Positions 37,510-45,946 of a DNA stretch of 64,000 nucleotides are shown in pieces (the stretch's first letter is position 1; every line of letters starts with the position of its first letter). Location: assembly GCA_027078545.1 (NCBI GenBank), contig JALWXN010000004.1, positions 608,001-672,000 of the forward strand. Reading direction: 5' to 3'. The DNA comes from Nitrososphaeria archaeon. Its GTDB lineage: Archaea > Thermoproteota > Nitrososphaeria > Geothermarchaeales > JDFR-13. The notes beneath the pieces were generated by a model. It saw only the letters and a program-made list of their open reading frames with translations. It did not search any database and was not told the DNA's origin. A program made the position numbers and the translations under genes.

Positions 37510-38042
37510 GTACACTTCACCAGGTATCTAAACCTGTCGAGCCTCCTATAGTCCGTCTCGGGGCATAGCCTCCCAACCTTTTTCTTAAGCTCCTCAGGCC
37601 TGTAGAAGTTTCCCGGGAAGCCTAGGAGCCTCTCGAATAGCCATATGAACCTCCCAATTATACTGCCCGGGTCAAACTCGAAGATGTAGATCCTCCCCCT
37701 AGAGACGGCGTGGGCGTTCTCCAACGCCTTATCTACGTCGCTGAAGTGGTGTAGGGCGTCATGCATAATCACGGCGTCGAAGCAGGCCTCTCGGAAGACC
37801 TTCTCCTCCGCCGGTGCTAAGACCCTATCTATAGTATCGGGTCCATAGCTCAGCAGCTTATAGTCGATGTCCTGGACGACATAGTAACAATCCTCGATGT
37901 AACGGCTAAGGTATCCAGGCCCCCCTCCAAGGTCTAGGATATCCCCCTCCTCGTATGAGAGGATCCTACCCGCCTCTCCATAGAAGAGGCTCTCCTTGGG
38001 AGGCTTCCTATAGGCGAGTCTCAATAAGTGCTGGCCGATCAT
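37494..38042 (-). CDS. Class I SAM-dependent methyltransferase
   Basis: LDLGGGPG, FDAV..DALHHF. Confidence 0.85.
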   Translation of the reverse strand: MIGQHLLRLAYRKPPKESLFYGEAGRILSYEEGDILDLGGGPGYLSRYIEDCYYVVQDIDYKLLSYGPDTIDRVLAPAEEKVFREACFDAVIMHDALHHFSDVDKALENAHAVSRGRIYIFEFDPGSIIGRFIWLFERLLGFPGNFYRPEELKKKVGRLCPETDYRRLDRFRYLVKCTQPQS

Positions 38043-38106
38043 CGGTATCTATATAGACTCCCCAGTATATAGGGGTGGAGCCATTTCTTAGACTGGTGGT
38101 CGGTGG

Positions 38107-38406
38107 ATGCCGAGGGTATCGGTACGCTATCTCGCAGCCGTCGCCGACTACACGGGTAGGAAGGAGGAGGAGTTCGAGCTGCCCGACGGGGCGACGGTTA
38201 AGGATCTACTAGACACTATCCGTGAGAAGTATCCCAGGGTTGCTGAGATCGAGAGGAGATTCCCCCTACTCATCCTTAGGAATGGTGTCAACGCCAAGCC
38301 CGAGGATAGATTGGTGGATGGGGATAGGGTAGCCCTACTACCACCGGTCTCGGGAGGGAGCCGGTTTAAACCACCCGCCGAGTATTCTTATGGGTGTGGG
38401 GATTAG
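38107..38406 (+). CDS. moaD: MoaD/ThiS (SAMP-like) sulfur carrier with 15-aa extension after Gly-Gly
   Basis: ATVKDLL, NG, DGDRVALLPPVSGG + SRFKPPAEYSYGCGD. Confidence 0.9.
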   Translation: MPRVSVRYLAAVADYTGRKEEEFELPDGATVKDLLDTIREKYPRVAEIERRFPLLILRNGVNAKPEDRLVDGDRVALLPPVSGGSRFKPPAEYSYGCGD

Positions 38407-38874
38407 ATGCCTGAGGGTAGGGTTATAGAGGGTGAGGTGGATCTAAACAGGGTTGTGGAGGAACTATCAGGGAAGGCTGGGGAGGGTATGGGTGCGATAG
38501 TGGTCTTCATAGGCTTCGTGAAGGGATCGGTAGATGGTAAACGTGTCGAGAGGCTCGACTATGAGGTCTATGAGCCCTATACCTCGCAGCACCTCCAGCG
38601 CATAGCGGAGGAAGAGATGGATGAGGGTGTTATGGACATCAGGATCTATCATAGGCATGGGAACCTGAGGCCTGGTGAGAAGACCCTCTACATCGTCGTG
38701 GCGGCTAGGGGTAGGAGGATAGCCTTCGAGAAGGCCCGTAGAGTATTGGAGAGGGTGAAGCATGAGCCCCCAATATTCAAGCTGGAGCATCGTGAGGACG
38801 GTGACTACTGGGTCTTCGGGGATGGTATGAGGCTTAGCAGGGAGGAGACCCTACCCGAGAAGCGTCTCGAGTAG
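38407..38874 (+). CDS. moaE: Molybdopterin synthase catalytic subunit
   Basis: GAIVVFIGFVK, LDYEVY, HRHG.L..GE, VKHEPPIFKLE. Confidence 0.92.
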   Translation: MPEGRVIEGEVDLNRVVEELSGKAGEGMGAIVVFIGFVKGSVDGKRVERLDYEVYEPYTSQHLQRIAEEEMDEGVMDIRIYHRHGNLRPGEKTLYIVVAARGRRIAFEKARRVLERVKHEPPIFKLEHREDGDYWVFGDGMRLSREETLPEKRLE

Positions 38875-39675
38875 CTCTGCAGACGCCTCCAGCGAGGCGT
38901 CGACCCATGATATTGGATAGATGTGTATACCTATCCTGTAGCCACCCATCCTAGCCGTCTCGATGACCCTCCCAAGAGACTCTGCCAGCCAGGCAAGGTA
39001 GTCAGACCTTCCGATCATAGAGGTGTCTATATGACCCGAGAGATACTTCTCGAGGCTCTCCAGGTGGGGGGCTACACCTACTAGGTATGTCCTGTCCCTA
39101 GGTGGAGATACATCCCTGAACAGCTTGATGAAGGGCTCAGGATCAGTCAATACCTGGGACTGGAAGAAGGTTAGGCCCAGCCCTGCCTTGAACCTTATCC
39201 TCTCCTCCTCCCCCTCCCTACCTGGTATGAATGCCCCCCCGAGCTGGAAGCTGTGGCTCTCCACCCTGTGCTCCTCACCATTGATCACGAGCCTCCCCTC
39301 CCCTATGCCCAACGCCATCTCCACGGCCTCCTCATACCCGATTCCACCCAGTTTCACATCCCCAGATAGGAGGAGGAGCCCCTCCACCCCGATCAATGCA
39401 TACTGGATCAGCTTACCAGCCAATGTATACCTGTTCTCTACTCCAAGTGGGACATGTATTATGACGGGTGTGGAGAGCTCCTCCTTGATGTATAGAGCTG
39501 TGTAGCCGGGATCGGCGGTAGGCCTTCCCAGGCTATGATAGGGTATGTTGATGGCGTCTATGTACCGTGTTAGGCCATAGCCTGTCAGGAGCTCGGATAT
39601 CCTCTCTAGCTGTTCATACCTCCTCACTAGTGGGGCCTCTATCGTTACGGGTGTCGATCCCTTGAAGATATCCAT
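38851..39675 (-). CDS. Methylenetetrahydrofolate reductase (MetF)-like flavoprotein, divergent
   Basis: TIE..., DAINIP, IIH, LLLSGD, K..LG..FFQSQ; divergent from metE genes. Confidence 0.65.
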   Translation of the reverse strand: MDIFKGSTPVTIEAPLVRRYEQLERISELLTGYGLTRYIDAINIPYHSLGRPTADPGYTALYIKEELSTPVIIHVPLGVENRYTLAGKLIQYALIGVEGLLLLSGDVKLGGIGYEEAVEMALGIGEGRLVINGEEHRVESHSFQLGGAFIPGREGEEERIRFKAGLGLTFFQSQVLTDPEPFIKLFRDVSPPRDRTYLVGVAPHLESLEKYLSGHIDTSMIGRSDYLAWLAESLGRVIETARMGGYRIGIHIYPISWVDASLEASAELLETLLG

Positions 39676-39740
39676 ACTAAGGGTATTAGGGATGCCCCCC
39701 AGTAATTAAGGCGTCTGCTTAATATGTCTGTAGCTGCTAC

Positions 39741-40631
39741 ATGGGTATGTGGTCTGAGATGCCAGAGGCCTTCCCAGTAGGGATCTTCCCCCGGTCGGAG
39801 AGGCTGATAAGGACGTGGAAGGCCTATGAACGGGGGGAGGTGGATGAGGAGGAGCTTAACAGGGTCTATATCGAGCATCTCCACGAGGTTTATAGGGCTA
39901 TGGTCTACACGGGTGTAAGCTATACCCATGACCCCCAGTCCAACTGGCACGACATCTTCAGGCCCTTCACCAAGATGCCTGGGATCGAGGCCGGCCCAGT
40001 TACGAGGTGGTATGAGAACAACACGTTCTACAGGATGCCCATCATCAAGGAGCCTAGGTTCAGCCCGGAGGTGATGGATGGATACCTGGGTAGGCAGGTT
40101 GAGAAGTTTGACCTGATAAGTCTCCCGGGGCCCTACACGATGGCTAGGCTATCTAGGCTGGAGACCAGGGCTGATGAGGTCTCGAAGCTTATCTATAAAG
40201 CTGTGAACTACGTCCTGGGGAAGGGGTATAGGAAGGTGTTTCTACATGAGCCCGAGACGGTGTATAGGGAGCTGGACACAAGGCTCATCGAGAAGCTATA
40301 CAAGCCCCTGAAGGGTCTCGACATAGTTATACATACCTACTTCGGAGACGTCTCCAAGATATGTAGGGCTCTAGACACACTCGGTATTGAGTACACGGCT
40401 GACCTGATGGAGACACCCCTCGAGAAGATCAGTGGGTGTGGATCACGTATCCTAGGCGCTGTGGATGGGGCCAACACGTTACTCGAGGATCCGGATGAAC
40501 TGGTCCAGAGGATTAGAAGCGTAGTTGGAGACGAGTTCACAGTGATCAATAACGTGGATCTCGACTTCCTCCCCTACAGCTACGCCCTTGAGAAGCTACG
40601 CGTACTCGGTAGGATAAGGGGTGGTGTATAA
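39741..40631 (+). CDS. Split MetE, N-terminal (non-catalytic, folate-binding-like) subunit
   Basis: GIFPR, WHDIFRP, TRWYENNTFYR.P, PGPYT, HEP; no Zn ligands. Confidence 0.8.
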   Translation: MGMWSEMPEAFPVGIFPRSERLIRTWKAYERGEVDEEELNRVYIEHLHEVYRAMVYTGVSYTHDPQSNWHDIFRPFTKMPGIEAGPVTRWYENNTFYRMPIIKEPRFSPEVMDGYLGRQVEKFDLISLPGPYTMARLSRLETRADEVSKLIYKAVNYVLGKGYRKVFLHEPETVYRELDTRLIEKLYKPLKGLDIVIHTYFGDVSKICRALDTLGIEYTADLMETPLEKISGCGSRILGAVDGANTLLEDPDELVQRIRSVVGDEFTVINNVDLDFLPYSYALEKLRVLGRIRGGV

Positions 40632-41671
40632 TGCTTATCACGCAGGAGATCGGTAGTATCCGTAAGCCGAGATACCTGGTCGATAAGTATAGGGAGTATC
40701 TATCGGGGGAGGCTAGCTACGAGTCCCTCCTGCCATATATACGGGGCGCCAGCCTAGACACCCTACGCATGCTCGAGGCCGCAGGCCTAGACTGGGTGTT
40801 CGATGGGGAGATGCATAGGTGGGAGATGTACTACCACCCCATAGTGAACATCGAGGGGATCGAGATAGCTGGTCAGGTCAGGGTATGGGACAACTACTAC
40901 TTCATAAAGGGGAGGGTCGTTGATAGGCCTAGGCTGAAGAGGGACTACCACTATGAGGAGGCTAAGTACATAGTTGGAAACGCCTCCAGGCCGGTAAAGT
41001 TCCCGGTTACGGGGCCCTATACACTGGCGGAGTGGAGCTTCAACGAGTACTACACGAGGGAGCTGGGGGGAATGGGTAGGGATGCCCGTTACGAGGCCAA
41101 GAGGAGGCTTGCGGTAGACCTCGCCAGGGAGGTGATCAACCCGATCCTGAAGAGGCTATCCAGACTGGGGCTTAGGAGGATACAGATAGACGAGCCCGCG
41201 GCGACTACCCATCCGGGGGAGATGGAGATAGTCGTCGAGGCCTTTAGAGAGGCGATTAGGGGGGTTGAGAAGGAGGTCTCCGTCCACATCTGCTACAGCG
41301 ACTATAGGATACTCCTCCCATACATGGATAGGTTCGGCGCTGTCCAGTTCACACTGGAGTTCGCCAACCGCGATAGTTGGGAGCTGGGCCTAGAGGATGA
41401 AAAGAGGATTGGGTATAGCCTACTGAAGGATCTTAGGGAGATGGGGTATGAACTGGAGCTGGGCCTAGGAGTCGTTGATGTCCATGTCGATAGGGTGGAG
41501 CCCCCGGAGCTGGTTAGGGATAGGATCCTCTACGCAGCCAGGTATATCGAGCCTGAGAGGCTATACATCAACCCCGACTGCGGCCTGAGGACGAGGAGTA
41601 GGGACATAGCATACTACAAGCTTAGGAACATGGTTCTCGGAACCCTCATGGCTAGGGAGAGGCTCCTCTAA
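40631..41671 (+). CDS. metE: Cobalamin-independent methionine synthase, catalytic (Zn) subunit
   Basis: IGS, DGE, TGPYT, QIDEP, HICY, LE, GVVDVH, NPDCGL; TAATG coupling to upstream gene. Confidence 0.92.
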   Translation: MLITQEIGSIRKPRYLVDKYREYLSGEASYESLLPYIRGASLDTLRMLEAAGLDWVFDGEMHRWEMYYHPIVNIEGIEIAGQVRVWDNYYFIKGRVVDRPRLKRDYHYEEAKYIVGNASRPVKFPVTGPYTLAEWSFNEYYTRELGGMGRDARYEAKRRLAVDLAREVINPILKRLSRLGLRRIQIDEPAATTHPGEMEIVVEAFREAIRGVEKEVSVHICYSDYRILLPYMDRFGAVQFTLEFANRDSWELGLEDEKRIGYSLLKDLREMGYELELGLGVVDVHVDRVEPPELVRDRILYAARYIEPERLYINPDCGLRTRSRDIAYYKLRNMVLGTLMARERLL

Positions 41672-41717
41672 AAACTTTATTTATAACCCATGACGTGAAA
41701 TAGCCCTCTAAACAGGT

Positions 41718-42383
41718 GTGACTATGGAGTGGGATGTCTCCCAGGCCCCAGCCTATAGCCTCCTGAAGGTCAGGCTTGGGAGTGGGGAGTCTATAACCGC
41801 CGAGCCCGGCGCGTTCATAGCTGGGTTCGGAGACTTCGAGGTTGAGACGAAGACTGGTGGGATACTCCAGGGACTTGCACGTACATTCCTAGGTGGTGAG
41901 TCGCTATTCCTAAACACGTTCAAGGCTAGGGGGGAGGCGGAGCTCTGGTTCGCTCCGGGCCTACCGGGAGACATAAGTTATCAGGAGGTCGATGGTAAGC
42001 TCATCGTCCAGGACTTCAGCTACCTGGCCCACCACGGCGATATAAAGGTCTCCGTCGAGTGGCGCGGCTTCAAGGGGCTGCTGGCCGAGGGCGAGCTGGT
42101 CTGGCTGAAGGTTGAGGGGCGTGGAGGGGTCTGGCTAAACGCATATGGTGGTATAGAGGTTGTCGAGCTGGGTCCGGGCGAGACTATGCAGCTGGACAAC
42201 TTCCACTTCGTGGCTATGGAGCCCTCGATAAGGTATAAGATAAGGAAGTTCGGCGGCTGGAAGAGCTTCTTCCTAGGCGGCGAGGGGATCGTGGCCGAGC
42301 TGATGGGGCCGGGTAAGGTCTATATACAGACCCGTGCACTCCCGCCCTTCATGAACTATATCAGGAAGTTCCTGAGGAGCTAG
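41718..42383 (+). CDS. AIM24/TIGR00266 family protein
   Basis: AEPGA, GGESLFLN.F, GGEG, GPGKVYIQTR. Confidence 0.9.
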   Translation: MTMEWDVSQAPAYSLLKVRLGSGESITAEPGAFIAGFGDFEVETKTGGILQGLARTFLGGESLFLNTFKARGEAELWFAPGLPGDISYQEVDGKLIVQDFSYLAHHGDIKVSVEWRGFKGLLAEGELVWLKVEGRGGVWLNAYGGIEVVELGPGETMQLDNFHFVAMEPSIRYKIRKFGGWKSFFLGGEGIVAELMGPGKVYIQTRALPPFMNYIRKFLRS

Positions 42384-42799
42384 CCGAACAGCCTCTGATA
42401 CTCCCTCATCATACAGCGGTTCCAGACAACTTTCACCCCTTTATCCCTGGCCTTCTCGGCCTCGGGGTGGTAGATACCCTCCTGTAGCCAGATAACCTTC
42501 ACACCCTTCTTCAACGCCTCCTCGACAACCTTGGGGACCTCCTCTGATGGTCTGAACACGTCTACCAGGTCAACCTCGCCGGGTATCTCTAGGAGGGATT
42601 TGTAGGCCTTGAGCCCTGCAATCTCGTCGGCCACGGGATTCACAGGTATTATCTCGTAGCCCTTCTCCCTGAGGAACATCGGGACGTAGTGGGCGGGCTT
42701 CTCAGGGTTCCTACTCATCCCCACGACGGCTATCCTCTTAACACTCCTATAGATCTCCCTGATCTCATCGTCGGTTAGGCCGTCTGGTGGGATCTCCAT
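42380..42799 (-). CDS. CoA-binding protein (YccU-like)
   Basis: IAVVGMS, PVNP, DVFRP, WLQEG, NRCM. Confidence 0.92.
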   Translation of the reverse strand: MEIPPDGLTDDEIREIYRSVKRIAVVGMSRNPEKPAHYVPMFLREKGYEIIPVNPVADEIAGLKAYKSLLEIPGEVDLVDVFRPSEEVPKVVEEALKKGVKVIWLQEGIYHPEAEKARDKGVKVVWNRCMMREYQRLFG

Positions 42800-42881
42800 G
42801 TAAGGCCTAATCGGCTCCCCACCCTATTTAGGGGGGTATATACAGGTATTTGCATATCGTGGGTATGCAATACTTTATAAC

Positions 42882-44078
42882 ATGGCTACACTCTCCAGGA
42901 ACATCCTCGAGATTAGGTATGCTATAAGGGATCTGGTGCCACTGGCCAAGAAGCTTGAGAGGGAGGGTAAGAGGATAATCTACCTAAACATAGGGGACCC
43001 CCTGAAGTATGACTTCGAGACGCCTCGCCATATAATCGAGGCCATGTATAAGGCCTCACTCGAGGGTCATAACTACTACTCCGACTCCCTAGGGATAGAG
43101 GAGCTTAGGGAGGCGATATCCGATAAGCTCAGGGAGCTATATGGTATCGACGTTCCGCCCAGCAGGGTTGTCGTCACTAGTGGTGTCGCAGAGGCTATAA
43201 ACTTTACTTTTAGGGCTCTACTAGACCCTGGGGATGAGGTCCTCGTCCCAGGCCCGGCCTACCCAGCATATATCTCCGCACCGATGATCTACCATGGAAA
43301 GGCGGTTGAGTATAGATGTCCACCCGAGTATGGCTATGCACCTGATCCCGACGACATTAGGAGGAAGATTACTGGGCGTACTAAGGCGATCCTGATAAAC
43401 ACGCCTAACAATCCGACTGGCTCGGTATATCCTGCCAAGACCCTTAGAGAGGTTCTCGATATAGCTGCTGAGCATGGCATCCCAGTCATATCCGACGAGA
43501 TATATGACAGGATCATCCTGGAGGGGGAGTATCACCACCCCTATAGATATGTTGGGGAGGACGTTCTCTACATCGGGCTGAACGGCTTCTCCAAGCAGTA
43601 CCTCATGACCGGCTGGAGACTAGGCTACCTATATGTCTCGGGCCCGGAGGGGGACGTCGATGCATTCATGGAGGCCATAGCTAAGCAGGCCCGTAACAGG
43701 CTCTGCCCCAGTACTCCGGCCCAGTACGGTGGAGTGGCTGCCCTCAGGGGTGGGGATGAGCATCTACACGATATGATTATGAGGCTGAGGAGGAGGATGG
43801 AGACCTTTGTCAAGATGGTGGGTGAGGTGCCCGGTATAGAGGCTGAGATGCCCCGTGCAACCTTCTACGTCTTCCCGAGGATAGACACCTCACTGCTTGG
43901 CGACGATAAGAGCTTCGTGGAGAGGCTATTGGTGGAGGAGGGGGTATATCTCGTCCATGGATCAGGGTTCGGCAGGTATGGTGAGGGCCACTTCAGGGCG
44001 GTGGTACTGGCTCCCGAGGAGCTCCTGGTGGAGGCGGTGGATAGGATATCACGCTTCGTCAGGAGACGCCTATCCTAG
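42882..44078 (+). CDS. Class I/II PLP aminotransferase (alanine aminotransferase-like)
   Basis: YAIRD, LNIGDP, NTPNNPTG, SDEIYD, SK.YLMTGWRLG. Confidence 0.9.
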   Translation: MATLSRNILEIRYAIRDLVPLAKKLEREGKRIIYLNIGDPLKYDFETPRHIIEAMYKASLEGHNYYSDSLGIEELREAISDKLRELYGIDVPPSRVVVTSGVAEAINFTFRALLDPGDEVLVPGPAYPAYISAPMIYHGKAVEYRCPPEYGYAPDPDDIRRKITGRTKAILINTPNNPTGSVYPAKTLREVLDIAAEHGIPVISDEIYDRIILEGEYHHPYRYVGEDVLYIGLNGFSKQYLMTGWRLGYLYVSGPEGDVDAFMEAIAKQARNRLCPSTPAQYGGVAALRGGDEHLHDMIMRLRRRMETFVKMVGEVPGIEAEMPRATFYVFPRIDTSLLGDDKSFVERLLVEEGVYLVHGSGFGRYGEGHFRAVVLAPEELLVEAVDRISRFVRRRLS

Positions 44079-45263
44079 GAATCCTGGTCTAAGCCTCGCC
44101 GCCACGCGGTACTCATTGTCTAGGATGAGGTATCCGAATACTATCCTGTCGAAGCCATCCACCGGTGTATAGATCGTTATAGACTCGTCCAGCGGGTCTA
44201 GGCTCCTCAGTAGGCCGAGGCCTACAAACCTCTCCCCACGGTAGAGGCCAAGTAGGAGTCCCCCAAGCCTTGATATGTCTATGTACCGGGGCCTAGCCCT
44301 TGTCTGGGGCATAACCTCGGGGATGACCTCCCTATCCCCCTTATAGGCTATGTATAGGGTCTCACCATCCCAATAAGCCCCGAATACCGTGTCCCTATAG
44401 GCCTTGTAGCACATCCTACCCAGCACAGTATTATGGATCTCCACATCGCCAAGCCCCCTCCTCACCTCCCTACCACCTGAGAGGAAACGGTCCAGGTATA
44501 TCCTCCTATAGCTCTGCCTCTCGGCAACCCTCTTCGGCTTTATCGCCTTGGGCCTCTCCATTACGGCTGGGCGATAATCGGCTAGGTCATCAACCAAGTG
44601 CCTCGCCTCTCCGGCCTCCTGTATAACGATTACCTTGTCCGGATCTATCGCCTCAGCCAAGCCTCTCTTAAGGGCTCTCGCCGCTCCACCCCTTATGTAT
44701 CCACAAGTGTTTATGATTAGGTCCTCCACCTCGGCCCTCCTCATAAGGCTTAGTACCCCGACCACGACCTGTAGGAGGTGGCCCGTAGGCGTTATATCCC
44801 CTATGAAGTATGCATCTGTAAGTCCGATATCCATGTAGCTGGTGTACTGCCTATCCATATGGGCATACCCGATCGTGCCCGGCGGCCCGATGTCCGACTG
44901 GCCGAGGTCAGTATCTATGATACCCGTCTCCACCCCCAGGCCGACTAGGTAGTTGGCTAGGAAGAGGGTGAGCCCACTCTTCCCAGTATCCACATCCCCT
45001 ATGATGAGGATCTTCTCCCCAGGCGAGGTCTTCCCTGCGAGAGCTCTCCACTCCCTTGGAATGGGGTCCTCATCCATAGATACTATGTAGAGTGCTCCCG
45101 AGACCTCGGCATATCCATCATGTATCGATACTGGGCTCTGCCTATTGGCTGGGACCTTGAAGCTGGTCTCCACCACCTCGGCACCGAAGACCTCTGCCCT
45201 GCCATACACCCTGATCTCGGCTGGGCCTCCAATAACGTAGTGCCCCGGCTCTAGCCTAGACAT
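44070..45263 (-). CDS. Clp1/Grc3-family polynucleotide 5'-OH kinase
   Basis: GDVDTGKS, DLGQSDIGPPG, INTCGY, R..YR clasp. Confidence 0.9.
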   Translation of the reverse strand: MSRLEPGHYVIGGPAEIRVYGRAEVFGAEVVETSFKVPANRQSPVSIHDGYAEVSGALYIVSMDEDPIPREWRALAGKTSPGEKILIIGDVDTGKSGLTLFLANYLVGLGVETGIIDTDLGQSDIGPPGTIGYAHMDRQYTSYMDIGLTDAYFIGDITPTGHLLQVVVGVLSLMRRAEVEDLIINTCGYIRGGAARALKRGLAEAIDPDKVIVIQEAGEARHLVDDLADYRPAVMERPKAIKPKRVAERQSYRRIYLDRFLSGGREVRRGLGDVEIHNTVLGRMCYKAYRDTVFGAYWDGETLYIAYKGDREVIPEVMPQTRARPRYIDISRLGGLLLGLYRGERFVGLGLLRSLDPLDESITIYTPVDGFDRIVFGYLILDNEYRVAARLRPGFLG

Positions 45264-45351
45264 CCATATCTACACCTTTTAAACGGCTCCATACCTGTTT
45301 AGGGACACTAATTAATTTCTCGATGAGGCAATATATGACCAGTGACCCGGG

Positions 45352-45840
45352 ATGGACAAGCTATACGCAGGCCGTGTGGCTAGGTGCCACCAATACGTTG
45401 AGGAGATGGTCTCCCACATAGCTGAGATGGTTGCCGAGAGGGTTGAGGACCCGATACTAAGGAGCGTCGCGAGGCTGATCAGCGTCGACTCTAGGAAGCA
45501 TAGCATGATACTCTCCGACATAGCCGACCTACTGGGTGTTGAGAAGTTCCCAACAAACGACTGTAGCCGCTACTCAGGCGCTGCCTACGGCTTCATGGGC
45601 TACCTAAGGGAGATGGCGGAGAAGGCCTCTAGGATAGGGAGTGACGAGGAGGGGCTGGAGATCCTGGAGTCTGTGACCGACGTATTGACCTCCATAGCCA
45701 TGGCCGACAGGACATTAATAACAGAGGGGCTTGAGGGCGGTGTGAAGAAGTACTTCATAACACTCCTTCTTAGCATGGATGACGACGACCTGAGGCATAT
45801 AACGCTGTTAAGAGAGTATCGAAATACTCGTGAGAGTTGA
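45352..45840 (+). CDS. Ferritin-like/rubrerythrin-like protein
   Basis: E..., DSRKH, DDLRH. Confidence 0.6.
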   Translation: MDKLYAGRVARCHQYVEEMVSHIAEMVAERVEDPILRSVARLISVDSRKHSMILSDIADLLGVEKFPTNDCSRYSGAAYGFMGYLREMAEKASRIGSDEEGLEILESVTDVLTSIAMADRTLITEGLEGGVKKYFITLLLSMDDDDLRHITLLREYRNTRES

Positions 45841-45946
45841 TATTAAATCCATATTTTTTCAATGTTTTTAAGTTTCAATTGTCTAAAAATGGAAAATTTG
45901 GTCTTATTAAAACTTTAAATATTGATTGCTAAGGAATCTTATTCAC

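Noticed and set aside
38404-38406. Pyrrolysine decoding of the moaD-moaE TAG
   Set aside because: There are no pyl genes in the window, and TAG is a very common ordinary stop here, so dedicated recoding is unsupported; only leaky readthrough remains possible.
39695-39723. ATTAAG-N7-CTTAAT palindrome between MetF-like and metE
   Set aside because: Explained by two back-to-back CTTAAT TATA-like boxes of divergent promoters.
45320-45351. C/D-box-like CGATGA...ATGA...GTGA before the ferritin-like gene
   Set aside because: Boxes are degenerate and spacers too short for two 10-12 nt guides.
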